This document shows positions 38,348 to 42,873 of a stretch of 42,873 nt of DNA, piece after piece. Position 1 is the first letter of the stretch; the number at the start of each line of letters is the position of its first letter. Both the position numbers and the translations under genes were made by a program. The notes under the pieces are model-generated. The model was not told where the DNA came from. It did no database searches and saw nothing but the letters and a program-made list of their open reading frames with translations. Source of the DNA: an uncultured Alphaproteobacteria bacterium (lineage in GTDB: Bacteria; Pseudomonadota; Alphaproteobacteria; JAPYRI01); the NCBI GenBank assembly GCA_964405515.1, contig CAYOOG010000002.1, positions 1-42,873 of the forward strand. Reading direction: 5' to 3'.

Positions 38348-39127
38348 ATGGCCGGCACCGATAGCACTCGGGATCAACCCGCTGGCGGCGCGCCGGCCAT
38401 TATTCTGGTAGCGCCGCAAATGGGCGAAAACATCGGCGCCGCGGCGCGGGCCATGCACAATTTCGGCCTGCACGACCTGCGCCTGGTTCGGCCCCGGGAC
38501 GTTTGGCCCAATCCCAAGGCGGTTCATATGGCCTCGGGGGCCGACCATATTCTAGAGGCTGCACAGGTTCACGCCACGGTGGAAGAGGCCATCGGCGACC
38601 TGCACCACGTATTCGCCGTAACCGCGCGCAGCCGCGAGGTGCTGAAGCCGGTGGTTGAGCCGGCCCGCGCCGCCGCCGACATGGAAGGCTGGATCGCCGT
38701 GGGCGAGAGCTGCGGGCTGTTGTTTGGGCGGGAAAAGGCCGGGCTCAACAACGATGATGTGGCTCTTTCGGATGCCATTCTCAGCATTCCAGCGAATCCG
38801 GCATTCTCCTCCCTCAATCTGGCCCAGGCCGTGGTGGTACTGGCCTATGAGTGGATGCAGGTGTGCGGCGGCAGCCCGGTGATGGCCCCCGCCAACGATA
38901 CGGTGCGCCCGGCCACCAAGGATGAACTGGTGGGGCTATTCGAGCAGCTGGAAGGCGCGCTGGAGGTTTCGGGTTTTCTTCATCCGCCGGAGCGCATCCC
39001 CGCCACCATCCGCACGCTCCGCAACATGTTTCAGCGCTGGCGGCTCAACGAGCATGATGTGCGGGTGATGCGCGGGATCGTCAGTTCACTCTCCGATTCC
39101 AATGGCGATGACGGGCCCAAGTCATGA
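38348..39127 (+). CDS. trmJ: tRNA (cytidine/uridine-32 2'-O)-methyltransferase, TrmJ/LasT SPOUT family
   Basis: PQMGENIGAAARAM, FGREKAGL and SSLNLAQAV motifs. Confidence 0.85.
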   Translation: MAGTDSTRDQPAGGAPAIILVAPQMGENIGAAARAMHNFGLHDLRLVRPRDVWPNPKAVHMASGADHILEAAQVHATVEEAIGDLHHVFAVTARSREVLKPVVEPARAAADMEGWIAVGESCGLLFGREKAGLNNDDVALSDAILSIPANPAFSSLNLAQAVVVLAYEWMQVCGGSPVMAPANDTVRPATKDELVGLFEQLEGALEVSGFLHPPERIPATIRTLRNMFQRWRLNEHDVRVMRGIVSSLSDSNGDDGPKS

Positions 39128-39175
39128 GCCTGCCAAGAGCCCCAGAAACCCTGGAATTCAGGGTAGACTTGGCGT

Positions 39176-39203
39176 TTGACATGGGGGTGCGGGTGAGTAT
39201 AGT
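39176..39203 (+). promoter_or_regulatory. Putative sigma70 promoter of rpsD
   Basis: TTGACA-16 nt-TATAGT about 50 nt upstream of the start. Confidence 0.65.
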
Positions 39204-39255
39204 ACGCGCTCGCCGGGCCCTAGTCCCGGCACCGGCCATAATCTGGACCTGCTAA

Positions 39256-39873
39256 ATGACGAAACGGTTGAATTCGAAGTACAAAATCGACCGCCGCCTT
39301 GGGGAAAACCTCTGGGGCCGGCCCAAGAGCCCTGTCAATAAACGGGAATACGGGCCGGGAGAGCATGGCCAGCGACGTCGCCAAAAGATTTCCGACTATG
39401 GTATTCAGCTTCGCGCCAAGCAGAAGCTGCGTGGCTATTACGGCAATATTACCGAAAAGCAGTTCCGCCGCACTTACGACGAAGCCGTCAAGCATCGTGG
39501 CGACACGGGCGAGAACCTGATCGGCCTTTTGGAGCGGCGCCTTGATGCCGTAGTCTACCGCATGAAGTTCGTGCCCACGGTTTTTGCTTCGCGCCAGTTC
39601 GTCAATCATGGCCACGTTTTGGTCAACGGCAAGCGGGTCAATATTCCCAGCTACCGGGTCAAGGAAGGCGACGTCATCGAGGTGCGTGAAAAATCCAAGC
39701 AGATGGGCTTGGTGCTTGACGCCGTGGATTCAGCGGAGCGGGACGTGCCCGAATACATCGACGTCGACCACGCCAAGATGACCGGCAAGTTCCTGCAGAC
39801 ACCGAAACTGGCCGACGTGCCCTATCCGGCGCACATGGAGCCCAACTTGGTGATCGAGTACTACTCTCGCTAG
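39256..39873 (+). CDS. rpsD: 30S ribosomal protein S4
   Basis: [38 protein letters not shown] and IEYYSR motifs. Confidence 0.98.
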   Translation: MTKRLNSKYKIDRRLGENLWGRPKSPVNKREYGPGEHGQRRRQKISDYGIQLRAKQKLRGYYGNITEKQFRRTYDEAVKHRGDTGENLIGLLERRLDAVVYRMKFVPTVFASRQFVNHGHVLVNGKRVNIPSYRVKEGDVIEVREKSKQMGLVLDAVDSAERDVPEYIDVDHAKMTGKFLQTPKLADVPYPAHMEPNLVIEYYSR

Positions 39874-39896
39874 GGACACAACCATGGCAATGACAG

Positions 39897-39920
39897 AGGC
39901 CGCTTTATGCGGCCTTTTTT
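39897..39920 (+). terminator. Rho-independent terminator after rpsD
   Basis: AGGCCGC-TTTAT-GCGGCCT stem-loop followed by a T-run. Confidence 0.8.
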
Positions 39921-40803
39921 AATGAGCGCCGCCGGTCAATCCCGTGAGTTTTTCGCTCAACGTCCATAGTCTTTGCGCGTCGCCTTCGTCCAGCGCGCCA
40001 TCCGAGGGCTGTTGTTCCTTGCAGTCGGAAAAAAATCTTCCGCTTACTCCGTCGACCTCGGGTGATGAGCACAGATAGATGCTGGTTGCCGCGCCTTTTT
40101 CGATGCTGCGGAATAACGGCTTAAAGCATTTCCACAGCACCGGGAAAAAACCTTTGCTGGCCCTGTCGATGTCTGTCTTGACCACGCCTGGGCATAGGGC
40201 GTTGACGGTTACACCCGTGCCTTCAAGTTGAGCTGAGAGTTCGCGGGTAAACAGGATGTTCGCAAGTTTTGATTGTCCGTAAGCGCGCATGCCGTCGACG
40301 GGCGTAACGCCTTCCAGGTCTTCAAATTCCATACGGCCACCGCCCATCTTATGGGCGTTTGAGGCGACGTTGACGATTCTGGCGGGCGCGCTTGCCTTGA
40401 TGCGGTCAAGGAGGAGGTTTGTCAGCAAGAAGTGCCCAAGATGATTGACGCCGAAATTCATCTCGATGCCGTCCTGGGTATTCTCGCCATCAAAAGCCAT
40501 GAGCCCGGCGTTATTCAGCAGAATATGAAGATCATGGCCGCCATCCAGGAATTCCTGCGCGGCCCGGCGAATCTGCTGCTGCGAGGCCAGGTCCGCGACA
40601 ATTACTTCAACGTCTTGATTGCCGGTGGTTTCTCTTATTTCCTTGACCGTTTGTTCGCCGCGCGTCTTGCTGCGGCAAAGAACAAACACTCTGGCGCCCA
40701 TTTGGGCCAGTTTGACGGCTGCAAACTTGCCGATACCGCTGTTGGCGCCGGTAATCAGGCAGGTCTTGTCCGTAAGGTCGGGTGCCATTTCCGCTTGCGC
40801 CAT
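39919..40803 (-). CDS. SDR oxidoreductase (retinol dehydrogenase/WWOX-like)
   Basis: TGANSGIG, NNAG, NHLGHFLL and YGQSKLAN motifs. Confidence 0.9.
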   Translation of the reverse strand: MAQAEMAPDLTDKTCLITGANSGIGKFAAVKLAQMGARVFVLCRSKTRGEQTVKEIRETTGNQDVEVIVADLASQQQIRRAAQEFLDGGHDLHILLNNAGLMAFDGENTQDGIEMNFGVNHLGHFLLTNLLLDRIKASAPARIVNVASNAHKMGGGRMEFEDLEGVTPVDGMRAYGQSKLANILFTRELSAQLEGTGVTVNALCPGVVKTDIDRASKGFFPVLWKCFKPLFRSIEKGAATSIYLCSSPEVDGVSGRFFSDCKEQQPSDGALDEGDAQRLWTLSEKLTGLTGGAH

Positions 40804-40969
40804 AATAGTCTCCGGTTGGTTGACGAAATCCCTGGTAGCACGACAGCCGGATTTTGTCCTACAATTCTAGGCAAGCACATCCGCATCATTGGCGGATTGA
40901 TCACGGTCATTCTTCTGTTAGCCAGCACGATCAAGCAATTGGTAAGGCGGAATCTGGAGATTGCCTAAG

Positions 40970-42001
40970 ATGACTCGCACCATGAAGGCTCTGCACGTCG
41001 TTAGACACACCGACCCCGAGGCGCCACATTCGGCGCGGCTCGAAGTGGTGGAAAAAGAAATTCCCCAACCCGGCCCGGGCCAGCTTCTGATCCGCATGGA
41101 GGCCGCCTCCTGCAACCCCTCCGACCTGATTTACTTGAAGGGCGGTTACTTGTCTCCGACCGTGTACGATGAGGCGGCGGGGCTGGAAGGTTGCGGCGTG
41201 GTTGAAAAGTCGGGCGGCGGATTCATGGCGGGCCGCATGGTGGGCAAGCGGGTTGCCTGCGCCGGGAGCACCGACGATGGCGGCACCTGGTCGGAATACT
41301 ATTTGGCCTCGGTAATGGGTTGCATGCCGATCAAAGGCCCATTGCCCGCCGAGCAGGCCTCGACCCTGATGGTCAATCCTTTCACCGCTTTCGGCCTTTT
41401 GGACCGGGCCAAGGAACTCGGCAGCCCTGCGGTTGTGCAGAACGCCGGGGCCGGTCAATTGGGGCGTCAGGTTATCGCCGTGGCCAAGTTACGCGGCGTT
41501 CCGCTGATTTCAACCGTGCGCAGGCCCGAGCAGCGGGAAATTCTAAAATCCCTGGGCGCCAAGAACGTTCTTGTAACCAGCGATAGCGACTTCGCCGACT
41601 CATTGAAGGAACTTGCGGAAGAACTCGATGCCCGGGTGGCGCTGGATGCCGTTGCTGGGGAAGACACGGCCCGGCTGCTTCGAAACATGCCCAGCCGTTC
41701 GACGGCACTTGTCCTCGGTGGCTTGTCCATGAAGCTTGGCGACCCCCTTGGCGGGCAGTTCTCGGTCCTGGAAATAGTTCTTCGCGGCTCGAGGATCGAG
41801 GGCTTCGGCGTGATCGATTCCCTGACCAAACTGGGGACCCTGGGCATCATGCGGCGGGCGCGGCAAATTCAGCGCTTGTTTCGGGATGGTGTTCTGGAGA
41901 CCGCAATTCAAAGCGTCTCAGGTATCGAGGACTACGCCACCGCCATCGATCAGTACGCCGCGAACATGAGCGGCGGTAAGCCCATCCTGAAATTCGAGTA
42001 G
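40970..42001 (+). CDS. MDR-family NAD(P)H oxidoreductase (enoyl/quinone reductase-like)
   Basis: NPSDL, GLEGCG, VNPFTA, GAGQLG and LDAVAG motifs; GGAGA RBS. TTG 40961 is an alternative start. Confidence 0.85.
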   Translation: MTRTMKALHVVRHTDPEAPHSARLEVVEKEIPQPGPGQLLIRMEAASCNPSDLIYLKGGYLSPTVYDEAAGLEGCGVVEKSGGGFMAGRMVGKRVACAGSTDDGGTWSEYYLASVMGCMPIKGPLPAEQASTLMVNPFTAFGLLDRAKELGSPAVVQNAGAGQLGRQVIAVAKLRGVPLISTVRRPEQREILKSLGAKNVLVTSDSDFADSLKELAEELDARVALDAVAGEDTARLLRNMPSRSTALVLGGLSMKLGDPLGGQFSVLEIVLRGSRIEGFGVIDSLTKLGTLGIMRRARQIQRLFRDGVLETAIQSVSGIEDYATAIDQYAANMSGGKPILKFE

Positions 42002-42027
42002 GTTAGCTGGCCGAGCTGGCGCCCGGC

Positions 42028-42375
42028 TCAAGCCTTGGCCTGGGCCTCCAGGGGGATGTCCTTGGACTTGAAGAATTCTTGTAATTCTCCGGCCTCGAAC
42101 ATTTCACGCAGGATATCGCAGCCGCCCACGAACTCGCCTTTGACATAGAGCTGGGGGATGGTCGGCCAGTCGCTGTAGGCTTTGATGCCCTCGCGGATTT
42201 CCGGATCCATGAGCACGTCCACACCTTTGAACTGCACGCCCAAATGGCTCAGAATCTGCACCGCCTGCGATGAAAATCCGCACTGCGGGAACACCGGCGT
42301 GCCCTTCATGAACAGAACCACGGGAAATTCACCTGTTTCCTGCTCGATACGCTGAAAAACTTCGTTCTCACTCAT
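42028..42375 (-). CDS. grxD: Monothiol glutaredoxin (Grx4)
   Basis: [18 protein letters not shown] and GGCD motifs; start at ATG 42375 with AGGAG RBS. Confidence 0.95.
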   Translation of the reverse strand: MSENEVFQRIEQETGEFPVVLFMKGTPVFPQCGFSSQAVQILSHLGVQFKGVDVLMDPEIREGIKAYSDWPTIPQLYVKGEFVGGCDILREMFEAGELQEFFKSKDIPLEAQAKA

Positions 42376-42439
42376 CGGGTTGTTACTCCTTGGAAATCCA
42401 TTCTCCCGCCCGTGGCGGATCAATCATCAAATTCGCACT

Positions 42440-42673
42440 CTATTCCGGTACGGCGGTTTGCAATGCCAGCGCGTGTAGGGCTTCGCCCATATTGCCCTTG
42501 AGCGCGGCGTAGACCATCTGGTGCTGCTGGACCCGGCTCTTGCCCTTGAATGCGGGTGAGACCACCAGCGCCGCGTAATGGTCGCCATCGCCGCGCAGGT
42601 CCTCGATCGTTACCACGGCATCCTCGACGCCCTCTTCAATGAGGCGTTTGATCTCGGCGGCGTCCATGGCCAT
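42440..42673 (-). CDS. bolA: BolA family protein
   Basis: DLRGDGDHY, FKGKSRVQQHQMVY and LHALAL motifs. Confidence 0.93.
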   Translation of the reverse strand: MAMDAAEIKRLIEEGVEDAVVTIEDLRGDGDHYAALVVSPAFKGKSRVQQHQMVYAALKGNMGEALHALALQTAVPE

Positions 42674-42710
42674 GGCTGTGCTTTCCTCTTCTCGGGCCTT
42701 TTGTTCGGGG

Positions 42711-42873
42711 CTAGCCGGTTGGTGACGAAGACATATATCCAGGCATCCACCCCTGGTGCGCCTGGGCCAGGCTCTCCACGGATATGGTGAACAGCCCCTC
42801 GACTTTCAATTCCCCGCTACCGCTAACGCCGATTTGTACGGCCGGCACGCCCGAATCTTTGGCTGCCTTCAAG
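42711..42873 (-). CDS. purL: C-terminus of phosphoribosylformylglycinamidine synthase subunit PurL (partial)
   Basis: Manual translation LKAAKDSGVPAVQIGVSGSGELKVEGLFTISVESLAQAHQGWMPGYMSSSPTG*; purL-bolA-grxD order is typical of Alphaproteobacteria. Confidence 0.75.
   Translation of the reverse strand, partial: LKAAKDSGVPAVQIGVSGSGELKVEGLFTISVESLAQAHQGWMPGYMSSSPTG

Noticed and set aside
40804-40968. TM-like peptide (IIGGLITVILLLASTIK) in the spacer between the SDR and MDR genes
   Set aside because: There is no good start codon or RBS, and AT-rich divergent promoter DNA readily gives hydrophobic translations.
1-42873. CRISPR arrays, rRNA, transposases, prophage or known defence genes
   Set aside because: No regularly spaced repeats or such protein motifs were seen by eye.

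Overview
High-GC alphaproteobacterial chromosomal segment (standard genetic code; taxon inferred from gene content and order such as gph/glmU-glmS, nadE-gltX-cysS-cimA, stand-alone rpsD, purL-bolA-grxD). It is mostly housekeeping: aminopeptidase P, prmA, uvrD, ClC channel, bioD-bioF/bioB-bioA, tRNA-Val(CAC), glmUS, gabD, gor, class II DAHP synthase, nadE, gltX, cysS, cimA, trmJ, rpsD, grxD, bolA and purL. There are two accessory blocks. The first is five exported TPR/Sel1/lipoprotein genes abutting the tRNA-Val 3' end (13.5-18.9 kb). The second (27.7-32 kb) holds an ADP-ribosylglycohydrolase-family gene with one in-frame TGA, two tandem Ddn-like (F420-type) reductases and a frameshifted hemerythrin. 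The most striking feature is a 174-bp TIR-bounded, TA-flanked MITE-like element at 33770-33943, inserted at codons 2-3 of gltX. Its right TIR supplies a new in-frame ATG, and the old ATG now opens a 56-codon ORF that stops on that new ATG (ATGA), apparently re-creating nadE-gltX translational coupling. All family assignments come from motif recognition by eye, not database searches.
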